The translations under genes were made by a program, and so were the position numbers. This document shows, in pieces, positions 35,566-47,619 of a DNA stretch of 64,000 nucleotides. A model generated the notes under the pieces. It did no database searches. It was not told the origin of the DNA and saw only the letters and a program-made list of their open reading frames with translations. Origin of the DNA: Octopus bimaculoides (taxonomy: Eukaryota); contig NC_068981.1 of assembly GCF_001194135.2 (NCBI RefSeq), positions 143,690,460-143,754,459 of the forward strand. The letters run 5' to 3'. Every line of letters begins with the position of its first letter. Positions within the stretch are counted from its first letter, which is position 1.

Positions 35566-36150
35566 ATCAACGTTAAAGGCGTGAAATTGTAATGATCTTT
35601 TGGACGTTGACTGATGAGGAAGAAGCAACAAATTTTCTGTTTCATATGTTTTAGTAAAATTTTCTGTTTGTTGTATTTTTGTTCAAATTTCAAAATATAT
35701 TTATGTGACGCTACGCACTTCTCATTTTTTAAATCATTTATAAATTATTCTTGGAATAATTTTATGCGACGTCTATTTCTGTCTCTTTCTGTTTCTTTAC
35801 CTCACTTTTGCTTTCCTCCCATTCTTTTTCTCTCTCTTTCCCTCCTTAATTATTTCTTCGTTCTGACTTGTTTCTGTCCTTCTCTCATCTCCAGCTCTAC
35901 AGGACATTTTCATTTTCCTTTGCGTCAAGTCATATTCTGTAATTTTTTGTTGTATATGTATGTTTTATTTTGTTGTGTTTGTTTTTGTCATTGTCCTGTA
36001 CATTCGTTAGCTATTCCAAGTGGCTTTTTGCTACTGGCGTCAACGAAAGTGAACAACATCAACGTTAAAGGCGCGTAATGATCTTTTGGACGATGACTGA
36101 TGAGGAATAAGCTACGAATTTTCTATTTGTTGTTTTTGTAAATGTTTCCG
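35566..36150 (+). repeat. Direct repeat pair of about 90 bp (35566-35660 and 36058-36150)
   Basis: Both copies contain atcaacgttaaaggcg...gtaatgatcttttggacg(t/a)tgactgatgaggaa(g/t)aagc(a/t)ac(a/g)aattttct. Confidence 0.75.
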
Positions 36151-37250
36151 TTCGCTGTGCTTTTATTAAATTTTATAACATACATACATATATGTATGTA
36201 TATAAATATATACAAATATATATTCACATATGTATGTGCGTGTGTGTGTTTGTGAGTGTGTGTGAGTGCTTGTATGTATGTATGTATGCGTGTATGTGTG
36301 TATGTATATATGTACGTACACATGTATGTATGTATGTATGCACACCTTAGCTTCTGTTATTTCTCAGTTTTCCTCGTAGTTATCTGGTAGATCAACTTCT
36401 GTTTATATTTGATAAATTGCGTCTGTCGTAGGAAGTGTTTTGTCTTTTTGTTTTGTGGTGGATTCTCGTTTATTAGATACGTTTTTTTTAGTCATCTTAC
36501 AACAGATAGGTTTCTAGTCAGAAGTTCCCAACCTACCTGACTTAGAAATGATACAATCTTTCTTTGTCGGAGTTTTCGTGGTTTATTCCAAATTCAGTTA
36601 TTATAATTCGTGTCTAGTTTCGCTAATTCACATAGCTTTCACTTTACAATAATATAACTATAAATTATTACTGGAACAGCTAGAACATCGACGCCTAATG
36701 GCCTATTATTTTGACATTTAGCTCTGTTTTAAGTATTAATCTAATGAGTAGAGTCTGGAATAGTCATTCCTAACCTTTAATTTCTTGCGTGAGTGTGCGT
36801 GTGTGTTTCTATGTGTGTGTGCCTTTTGTGTGAGTGTGAGTATGTAATGTGTTGTCACTATTTCATTATTTTCTAAGTATTGTAAGTCTGTCGTTGGTGT
36901 AATTTTCATTATCTCTTTTTCTCTATCTAACATGACATTATTGGTCTCAATTAATTCCCCTTTTCCAAGGTTGTCTTAGCTCTCATATTTCTAAACTGAA
37001 TTGCGTATAATTTCCTCTACTAAATTTGTGTGCTGTCTGAAACTGTGTTTGCAGTTGTTTATCACCTGAAGCATACAACTTGAGGACATCCATAAAGAAA
37101 CTATGATTAATTGTCCACGCACACATTATGCATACGGGTCCAGTCTAATTTTGCATGTCGGTAAAAGATACTAGCACTCGACAGAAAAAAGTATAGGCAG
37201 AAAGACTCCTTAGAATGTGACTAAAAATCAAAGTGGTAGCATTCGTTTTA

Positions 37251-38456
37251 TATTAGGTTGTTTCACATGAAATGTCGTATTTGAAAGGTAACAATAAAAC
37301 GTTTCAGAAGTGTTAGAGAACTGATTTATGACGTTTACCCAACGTTTCCCTATATGTTATATATTCCTTCTTTAAAGAAAATCATCTTTTACTGTTAAAC
37401 TGTCCGAATGCTTTTCTCTATTTAAGCATGTTTTGTTGCTTATGAAAAGCTCAAAATGCTTACATAAGTGATGATCAGTGGGAGAGATATCAGAGGAATA
37501 AGAAGGATGTTGAAACATCTCATAATTCAGGCTTTGCAACTTTTGGATCGTAACTTGAGGAGTGTGATGACGTGCATTGTCGACCAGCAAAATTGGGCCA
37601 TCTCTATTCTCTAGACTGGGTTGCTTCTTTTTTCAAATCCTCATGCATACAATCAATTTCCTGGCAATACGATGTTGCTGTTACCGTTTTTCCTTGTTGC
37701 AAAATTGAATAACTCCTTTCGCAGACCACCATACAGTGACCACTAACATATTACGGTGCAATGGTGGGTTTGCGTAGTATTTAGGTGACTCTCCTGCATC
37801 TAATCACTGTCCTGTTCTCCTGCTGTTGTCAAAGAGTATCCATTTCGCATCACAAGTAATGATTTGATGCTAAAGTGGTCTTTTTCGAGTCGAGAAAGTA
37901 ATAAGGGGCACACTTCGAGGCGTCTGTTCTTTTGAATCTCGTACAGTTGATATGGAACAAACCTATCCGTTTTCATGACATTCCAATTGTTTACAGGTGT
38001 CCAAAAACAGTTGTGCGAGATGTTTGGAGTTCTGATGAAAGTTTTCGAACCTTTGTTCTCGGATTTTGTTCAACCAAAGCATTTAATCTATCATACCGAA
38101 TAACTGATTTTGGCCTACCCCTCGCTTTATTTTCAAGGTTATCTTCTCCTGAACTAGAGCTTTGGAACCATCTCTGAACAGTTGTGATGTCAACAAAACC
38201 ATTACCAAAGACCCGCTTGATATTCCGTAGAGCTTCTGTGGTAGAGTGACCCAGTTTGTACTCATACGAGAAAATCTCTCAAAATCGTTTGGTTGTTATC
38301 ATTTTCATAAGGTTTGTGGGTACGAATTTTGAATGCCAATATTGTTGGGAAAGAAAAAGGGTTAAGATTAAATGCAAGGTATACATAATTGGGATTTTAA
38401 ATTACTGGAATAATTAGTAATTAAAAACGCGACATTTCATATGAAACAACTTAATA
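37251..38456 (-). mobile_element. Near full-length dead mariner element, about 1.2 kb, with both TIRs
   Basis: TIRs tattaggttgtttcacatgaaatgtcg / cgacatttcatatgaaacaacttaata. Minus motifs YEYKLGHSTTEALRNI, TVQRWF, FVPYQL (WVPHEL), IITCDAKWILFDN, LLVDNARHH and YSSDISPTDHHL. Confidence 0.92.
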
Positions 38457-38849
38457 TAAGCCCTTTTGTTTCTCTCTGAAGAATTTCTATTCACTCATGA
38501 CATGTTTCATATAACTAATTATTGGTTCTCGTTCGTTATGGCTAATTCTATAGTAAAATTCTTTTATGGATAGGAAACACTGTTAAAATCCTTCAAGTAG
38601 TCAGTCCATTCCATGCTAAAATTCTCTCATCTTCTTTTACATCCTTTGGTTTTCTTTCCAGACACTTGTTTATTCTTTTGATATTGTTACACTAAATGGT
38701 TTGTAAACAGCCCAAAGGACTCTAGTGTTTTATCTTTACTTTTACAATATTGCGTAAAAAAAATGATTTTCTACAATTTGGAACATATTTGGGACACTTC
38801 AGCAATTAAACACATCTATTAGCAATTAAACAGTTACACATGTAATTTC

Positions 38850-39960
38850 CAACTTTATAAACTGTTGATACGGCCTAGTTGAGGTTGTGTTGCTTCATGA
38901 GTTGCTATAACCTTCCTCAAGCATTTGTTTATCATATACATAATTTTGCACACTCTCCACAAGAGCGAATTTTTTGTGCTCTGTATTCCCATCCCCGATT
39001 TTTCTACTCCTATATTGTTAGCGCCGTGTTAATTTTTTTCTTCTTTTTATTAGTTCTTGATATAATATCTTCGAATTATTACAATCGATCTGGTTCTTTT
39101 ATTCAAACAATCATTTTTACTTTTCAAAGTGACTCATTATTTACGATTTAGAGCTTCAGAGAGGATCCCTTCTTTTAAGCTTCCTATAAAATAAATTCGC
39201 AACCATTTTGTTTTTTGCTGTTATGATATATTTCTTTATTACTTGTCTTCTATATTTTTCCACTGCTTTGTCACTGTAGATTACATTAAGGATTTAGAGA
39301 TCTTTACTTTGATATTCTTTTTATTTTTCTGTTTTACAGGCCATTTGGTTAGGCTATAATTTTCAAGTACAAGCAGTCCTAAGAGAGGTTTTACTTTCTT
39401 TTATTGTGACTGTTGTTTATAATATTCAGTCTATTCTCATGATATTTCATAGTCACCTATATTTTCTTTAAATCTGCGCTTTCATTGTTCTTTCGTGGAT
39501 TTCACTGTTTCGTGAACAAGTATTATCTTTCACAGATCAATTTGCTGTCTTGAATAAGATCTATCAATTCTGATTTTTAAAACTATTTTCACCATTAGAA
39601 TTTTGTAATCTTTCGAATTTTCTATTATTGAACCATATTTATAGTCCTTCAATTCTATGTTTGTGTTCTAGTTTTGCTTCTGTTGATCTGTATTATCTAG
39701 ATATTCTTATGTCCCAATATAATTTTTTTTTTTCTTTGTTTTACATGTGGTCCGTCAATTTCCGCAGGCCTTGAAATTCTTCGTTGGTCATTTCTAAAGA
39801 AAGATATCTGACTGAAGGGACAGCATTTTAAGTTACTGTCATTTATTGTCGATGTTTGCTGTTTCACTGGTGTTTTTATTTTTGCGTTCTGTTTCTATCG
39901 TTGATATCGTTCAGTTCTGAAAATATATATTCTTCAATTCGCTAATGTTTTCATATTCAA
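38850..39960 (-). mobile_element. Very decayed LINE ORF2 fragment (region just upstream of and into RT domain 0)
   Basis: A-rich minus strand with GDGEYRAQKIRSCGECAKL resembling G.DGI.AE.IK.CGE; boundaries uncertain. Confidence 0.35.
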
Positions 39961-40520
39961 AAGCCACTTATACATACATATGAGGTAGTTTTTCTACAGA
40001 GATTATCAATTGTTGTGTTAGTCAGACTTTTAGGATAGATAATTGCTTTAAAATATGCATTTTGAATAGAATTATATCCTTCTCGTGCTGTCATTCGTTC
40101 ATTTTAAACCGGACTCATTATTTAAATTGTGACCATTTCCGACGTATATTGATGTTTCTATCAGGTGATATGTCATCTGCACTGTACATACGTTTTATGC
40201 ATCAATTCAACGAACACATTCACCTGTTCATTTTAGATTTTCATTTATGCTTCTTGTCATATTTTCGCATGGTTGACTGAATAGTATTGGTGGAAAATTT
40301 TGTCATGTGCTCAATTTTTTCTTCATTATGGCGAATATAATCTTTTATTCTTCATAGGTTTCAGCCTAAAAGCTGTGGCCATGCTGGATATATGTATATA
40401 TATANNNNNNNNNNACATATATATTTGTATATATATATATATATAAAAGGAGAGAGAGAGAGGGTGAGAGAGAAAAGAGAGAGAAAAGAGAGAAGAAAGA
40501 AAGCGATAGAGAGAGGAAAT

Positions 40521-40648
40521 AATTAGGTCAAAATAGTTATGGCCGGTCTATGGGATTACCCAGGGCAAAGCGCTGTGAATCTAAGCGCTTTATGGACGTG
40601 AAACCCTGGGTAACCCCATAGACCGGCCATAACTATCTTGATCTAATT
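40521..40648. mobile_element. 128-bp palindromic MITE-like element with 45-bp TIRs and an internal 8-bp hairpin
   Basis: Arms 40521-40565 and 40604-40648 pair at 42/45; the spacer holds AAAGCGCT-n9-AGCGCTTT. Confidence 0.8.
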
Positions 40649-41717
40649 ACTCTATTACTGTATAACTTAGTGTGTGCTTCTCTTTCGGATTTAGGATTTA
40701 TTGACGTTATGTGTGTGTGTGTGTCTGTGTGTGATTGTGTGTGTGTGTGATTGTGTGTGTGTATGTATGTATGTATTATTTCTGCATGCCTATCCTTATG
40801 TGTGTGCGCGCGCGTTCGTGCGTGCGTATAAAACTTTTCAAATACCTATTTAATGAAGATATTGTTCTTTAGCGAAAGAAACATGCCTCTAATACGTACA
40901 GTTATCAATATGTGAGAAGGTTTGAATACACCGGTTTCCTTTTGAAAATCGTTTCGAAAATACCTAAAAGATTACTCCCTGTCGCTAATAACCGGCACAC
41001 GCTAGCAGACTGCCACAAATTCAGCACATTTATGTGTTTTCAAGCTAACGATGCCAACTCGGTAAAGGGCAGCATACGCTTAAAATAATTTTTCTACGTT
41101 CCACAGAACAATTAGATTTTGAACCACTGTTGTAATTCTCGAGATGTAACTTGTTCTCGTGACGATATTTTTAGATTATCTCCGACTTTTGTATGATGCC
41201 TCGATTTGTCTGTAATAGATGCTACCTCTGTTTAATGTATAGCTTGCATTGTCTTGTAGAATCTGTGTTGGAATTAGTGAAAGCAATATTTTAACAGTTG
41301 ATGACGAAGTTGTCAAATAAAAAATACTTTCAAGCACACTACGCATTTTGAGCAGAATATGATATACTTCTCTTAGACTTTTTGAAGGAAGATGTATGAT
41401 TGTGAACGTAATTTTTAAAGCTAACATCAGCCGTAAAAATTAAAAAGCTATTTCCATTTGAACCGCCAGCGATATCGTCAAAGTACTGTCAGGAAATGAT
41501 AATTTTAAATTAGGCATTAAATGATTATTGGATTAAATGTCGTGAATTTGTTTTGCTTAATGGAATAGCAAAATTAATAAAAATGTGTGTGAGTGAGTGT
41601 ATATATATGTTTATTAACTTGTTAATTAACGGAACTCATCGCAACTTTGGTTTTATTTACAGTAAGTTGTTTATATATTCGTGCGACTTCTATCACTAGC
41701 CTATCTTTTTTTTTCTG

Positions 41718-41723
41718 TTTCTC

Positions 41724-41798
<75 letters not shown>

Positions 41799-41815
41799 TT
41801 CTTTCTCTCTCCCTC
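41718..41815. repeat. (CT)n microsatellite
   Basis: Direct reading. Confidence 0.95.
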
Positions 41816-42189
41816 CACTCTCTTTCTCCTCTATACCCCGTGTCTCCCTCTGCCTGCTACTAACACGTGACCCATGGTCAGCCCAAGCTTTCCTTCTCTC
41901 TTTCTCCTTTCCTTTTTTACGTCAGCCTTTGAAGCAGTCAGTTTTAATTCCTCTAGTCTCCACTTCAATCTGTTTTGTTATCTCTGGTCGATAAGTGATG
42001 AGGATACGGGGACTTGTGTGTCTGTTTTTCGTTCGACTACGAATTTACTATATGTTTTTTTAACTTGCTATTCTGTGTATTTGTCGTTTGTTCTTTAAGA
42101 TTCTAACTTATATTGATGTGTGGGTATGCATGTGTGTGTGCGCGCACGTGTGTGTTTGTAGGTAAGAAGGTTGGTAGATAGTTACGTGG

Positions 42190-42295
42190 ATAGGTAGGCA
42201 GGTAAGTAGGTAGGTAAGTAGGTAGGCAGGTAAGTAGGTAGGTAGGTAGGTAGGTAGGTAGGTAGGTAGGTAGGTAGGTAGGTAGGTAGGTAGGA
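42190..42295. repeat. (TAGG)n microsatellite
   Basis: Direct reading. Confidence 0.9.
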
Positions 42296-42894
42296 AGGGA
42301 AATATGTATATATATTGCAGTTTACTCTTAGTTGTAATCGAAATTTTAACGATCTCTGCGTTCTTACAAATTTTATATAATTACAAGTTGCGTAAGATAG
42401 AAATAAACTTTTATCTCATATTTATATCTTTCTCTTTATCCAGCTATCCATCTTTCTGCACCCGCTTCAATCTCGATTTATATGTATGGGGCGGGAGGTT
42501 CTGTGTGTGTTTGGATTTGTGTGCTCAGGCGTTAGTGTCTGTGTGTATTTTATTTATAACTAAACGTTGATCTCGTAAACAAAACTTTTATTAAAATTCA
42601 ACTATTATATGACCTGTTATTATTTAGTATAATTTCATGAGAATTGTGTAACTTGTTTCTTCAGACCTATGTACTTATTTTATTTCTGTAAATCCTTCTT
42701 TTAGGGGTAAATGTGACCAAAGCTTCTTTTAGATTGCAGGACCTGAAGATTTAGTTCAGAAGTGTTTCGGGAACGCGGTCTGAATAATCAAACGACACTG
42801 AACTCAGACAAACGTACCCAATGATTCATTATTTGATACTAAATCTCCTGAATGGATAGTGTCGAATGTACAAACATGTGAAGTGTTTCCTCAC

Positions 42895-42964
42895 GGTTTC
42901 TGTATCAGTTTCACTCGCAAATCTTGCATCAATCTTATGATATGTTAGAGTGCACAAGCGAAAG
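42895..42964 (-). CDS. Candidate 70-nt exon (xFRLCTLTYHKIDARFASETDTET)
   Basis: Excellent acceptor tttcgctttctctgcgtaccag|, moderate donor ACC|GTGAGG; phase 2 in, phase 0 out. Could be chance or old TE sequence. Confidence 0.22.
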
Positions 42965-43040
42965 CTGGTACGCAGAGAAAGCGAAACTGGAATGCTTGTG
43001 CACAAAACCAGCAACTAAATAGTTAGACTTGCCTGAAATA

Positions 43041-43074
<34 letters not shown>

Positions 43075-43107
43075 CATACATACATAATACATACATATAT
43101 AAATACA

Positions 43108-43618
<511 letters not shown>

Positions 43619-44053
43619 GACAAAGACACATTCAGAAATCCTGTACAGTTAACCAAGTGCATATTGACATATTTAGAGAGAAAAATATAGCATTCTGTTT
43701 ATTTTTGATATTGGTGGGATTGGGGCAATTGCTTTGTTTCAATGAATGTGCTTAAGTGCTTTAACAGAGCAAAATGGCCACGAATACGTTTTCAAAAGAA
43801 TCTATTGAATGCGAGAAACTTGATTTGGAATTCAGTATTGAATTCAGATAATCAAATGTATTTTTTTCTTCTATTTGTCATCACATCCATTCTATCATCT
43901 CTTCTCTGTACGTCTTGTTTGTTTTCACTCACCCTATCTCTTACTTTCCTTGCAATCTACTTCTCTCCCTTTCTATCTCTCTCTCTCTCCCTCATGTTCA
44001 CTCTTTCATATTCGGTCTTTGTTTTCTGCTACTTGTGTCATCATTATGTGTCC

Positions 44054-44089
<36 letters not shown>

Positions 44090-44700
44090 NNNNNNNNNNN
44101 NNNNNNNNNNNNNNNNNNNNNNNNNNNNNNNNNNNNNNNNNNNNNNNNNNNNNNNNNNNNNNNNNNNNNNNNNNNNNNNNNNNNNNNNNNNNNNNNNNNN
44201 NNNNNNNNNNNNNNNNNNNNNNNNNNNNNNNNNNNNNNNNNNNNNNNNNNNNNNNNNNNNNNNNNNNNNNNNNNNNNNNNNNNNNNNNNNNNNNNNNNNN
44301 NNNNNNNNNNNNNNNNNNNNNNNNNNNNNNNNNNNNNNNNNNNNNNNNNNNNNNNNNNNNNNNNNNNNNNNNNNNNNNNNNNNNNNNNNNNNNNNNNNNN
44401 NNNNNNNNNNNNNNNNNNNNNNNNNNNNNNNNNNNNNNNNNNNNNNNNNNNNNNNNNNNNNNNNNNNNNNNNNNNNNNNNNNNNNNNNNNNNNNNNNNNN
44501 NNNNNNNNNNNNNNNNNNNNNNNNNNNNNNNNNNNNNNNNNNNNNNNNNNNNNNTATATATATATGTAAATGTATACTGATAGATACAAATATATACATA
44601 TATCCACCTATATATATAAACTCACACTTACACATACACGTGTATACATATGTATGTGTGTGTGTGTGTGTTTCTGATTTTCTGTGTATCTGTGTGTGCA

Positions 44701-44740
<40 letters not shown>

Positions 44741-45056
44741 CGTATACGTGAGAGTAAATCGGTTTCAGGTCGGGTATTTATCTGGTCTTCAAACGCTCTA
44801 TCGACCTCTTTGGTGTACATATAATCCGTGTTGGAATCTTATAATTTAAGGTTACAAATATCGAATCAGCCAGTGAGTATCTTTCACTGAATGTTGATTA
44901 CAAGGCAATTCGCCTTCAGAGACAACAAATATGTATACATTAGAACGTTTAATCATTCATGCAGGCAAACACATACGTGCGTATACAATATACACTTACA
45001 TACAAGCATATTTATATGTGTGTGTGTGTGTGTATGTATACATATATACATGTATG

Positions 45057-45091
<35 letters not shown>

Positions 45092-45473
45092 TGTATCTCT
45101 GTGTCTGCACCTGTGTGTGTGTGTGCATCTTTGTACGTATACGCTTCGTCTCATAAATATATATACATCGTCTCATAAATATATATATATATGTATGACA
45201 GTACTGTCTTCTCATATGTAGCACACTTCCTTTGTTTATTATGATCAAATGTTGGTGTTGCACATCAGTTCACACCATACCTCAAATTGACATAAGAGGA
45301 CAGCAAATGTTAAGGCAAGGCAAACATCTCAAGGGATATACATTATTATTATTGGAAAAAAGTTCACTCTTACAGCGGTTTCTGGTATATCCCAGAATAT
45401 GGGATAATCTGTTACAGTACTTACCAAGCGTACCTACTCGTTTAGATCACCTGTGAACTAAACCCCCATATTT

Positions 45474-45512
<39 letters not shown>

Positions 45513-45804
45513 TNNNNNNNNNNNNNNNNNNNNNNNNNNNNNNNNNNNNNNNNNNNNNNNNNNNNNNNNNNNNNNNNNNNNNNNNNNNNNNNNNNNNNNN
45601 NNNNNNNNNNNNNNNNNNNNNNNNNNNNNNNNNNNNNNNNNNNNNNNNNNNNNNNNNNNNNNNNNNNNNNNNNNNNNNNNNNNNNNNNNNNNNNNNNNNN
45701 NNNNNNNNNNNNNNNNNNNNNNNNNNNNNNNNNNNNNNNNNNNNNNNNNNNNNNNNNNNNNNNNNNNNNNNNNNATATATATATATATATATATACATAC
45801 ATAT

Positions 45805-45967
45805 AAGTTGGTCTACTTTCAGTCTCCATTTACCAAATCCACTCTCAATTCTTTGGTCAGCTCGAAGCTATAGTAGAAGACACTTGCCCAAGGTGCCACG
45901 CAATGGGACTGAACCCGGAAACATGTGGCTGGGAAACAAGCTTCTTACCACACAGCTATTCCTGCAC
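45805..45967 (-). mobile_element. SINE family B 5' half
   Basis: Reverse complement of the family B head and central domain (gacacttgcccaaggtgccacgc, gggactgaacccgga). Confidence 0.8.
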
Positions 45968-46165
45968 AGAGATTTACTTTATTTTATTTTACTTTATTAT
46001 ATTACAGTTATTTCTCTTAAAAAGACTAAAAATGCATGTAAGTAGTATATATGTCTGCATATATAAATTAATATGTATGTATATATACATGTAACTATAT
46101 TCACGACCTTATATTTTGGTTAGACTTTGAACACAGCATATACCGATGGTAATATAATTAATATA

Positions 46166-46881
46166 TACAGCATCTTCTGGTCTATAAAACGCATCGGTAT
46201 TTATGCCGCAGGGCCAAATTTTTGGGAAAATTTTGGTTTTATCCAGACATAAAGCGCACCGGTGTTTAAAGGACCTACAGAGCTACGGGTCCGCAGCTGA
46301 GATACTGCCTTCAGATGACTCCGACTCTGATTTCAAAAGTGAGGACGTCGACACACTTGTTAACTTCGACACCCGCCTTACATCAGTACTGGCAGAACTG
46401 TTCCACTCAGACACAAAAGATGAAGATTTTGAGGGATTCAGCAGCGATATTGATAGCGAATAAATGTGAACGTTATGGTTCACATTATGGTTACTTTATA
46501 ATTCTTTGGTGCTTATTTTACAACTATGAGATGCATTGCTATTGTTACGATTTTATCGTACTATAATCAACAACAAATACATTTCATCAATATTAAAGTC
46601 TTTATTAGATTAGAAATAACATTATCAAACCATGAAGGTAAAACAAAACAAATATGCCTTGTTTTCTTCCGGGCACCAATGTACTGTAGCAGTAGCCTTT
46701 CACGTTGTTCACCGACCGACATTTCTCCTGAAATAATCAGTGAACTCAGTCGAACTCCATACACAAATTATTTTCCTCCTGAAACTTATATAAAATACAC
46801 ACACTAGGCGCACCTTTCTATAAGCCGCACATTAAATTTCTCAGATAAAATGTAGCAGCTTATACACGGGAAAATACGGTA
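46166..46881 (+). mobile_element. pogo/Tc2-like non-autonomous deletion derivative, about 715 bp
   Basis: Ends TACAGCATCTTCTGGTCTATAAAACGCA (degenerate) and CTTATACACGGGAAAATACGGTA; subterminal tataagccgcac-like repeats; retains the acidic C-terminal tail LAELFHSDTKDEDFEGF. Confidence 0.75.
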
Positions 46882-46904
46882 AATATATGTTTTATTTTTT
46901 ACTT

Positions 46905-47098
46905 CTTACTTGCTTCAGTCATTTGACTGCGGCCATGGTGGGGCACAGGCTTGAAGTGTTCTAGTCTAAGAAATTGACCATTAGGCATACTTTTCGAAAT
47001 CTAGTACTTATTTTATCGGGTTCTTATTGCCGAACCGCTAAGTTACGGCATTGTCAAGCGGTGGTGGGAGACACACAACACACACAGACATACACACA
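46905..47098 (-). mobile_element. SINE family B 3' half
   Basis: ttcagtcatttgactgcggccatg...ctagtacttatt...gccgaaccgctaagttacgg...tgtcaagcgg; the 5' half probably lies in the gap. Confidence 0.75.
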
Positions 47099-47355
47099 NN
47101 NNNNNNNNNNNNNNNNNNNNNNNNNNNNNNNNNNNNNNNNNNNNNNNNNNNNNNNNNNNNNNNNNNNNNNNNNNNNNNNNNNNNNNNNNNNNNNNNNNNN
47201 NNNNNNNNNNNNNNNNNNNNNNNNNNNNNNNNNNNNNNNNNNNNNNNNNNNNNNNNNNNNNNNNNNNNNNNNNNNNNTACTACGCGCTTCTTTCAGAAAC
47301 CATTGTAATTGGCCATTAATATGTAGTAAAGTCTTTCTTTGACATCATAGATAGA

Positions 47356-47392
<37 letters not shown>

Positions 47393-47619
47393 GGACAGAC
47401 AGACAGACAGACCGACAGACAGAAAGACAGACAGGCAGATAGACAGACAGACAGGCAGATAGACAGACAGACAGGCAGATAGACAGACAGACAGACTACT
47501 GTTTGCCTTAAAACCAGCCACCCGGAAAGAAAGTAATTGGTGGATTGTATCTTTTCCCTGCCACAAAAAAAAAGAAGAAATCCTAATGTCATGCGTTTCT
47601 CAGAGAGTGTTAAGCGTTT

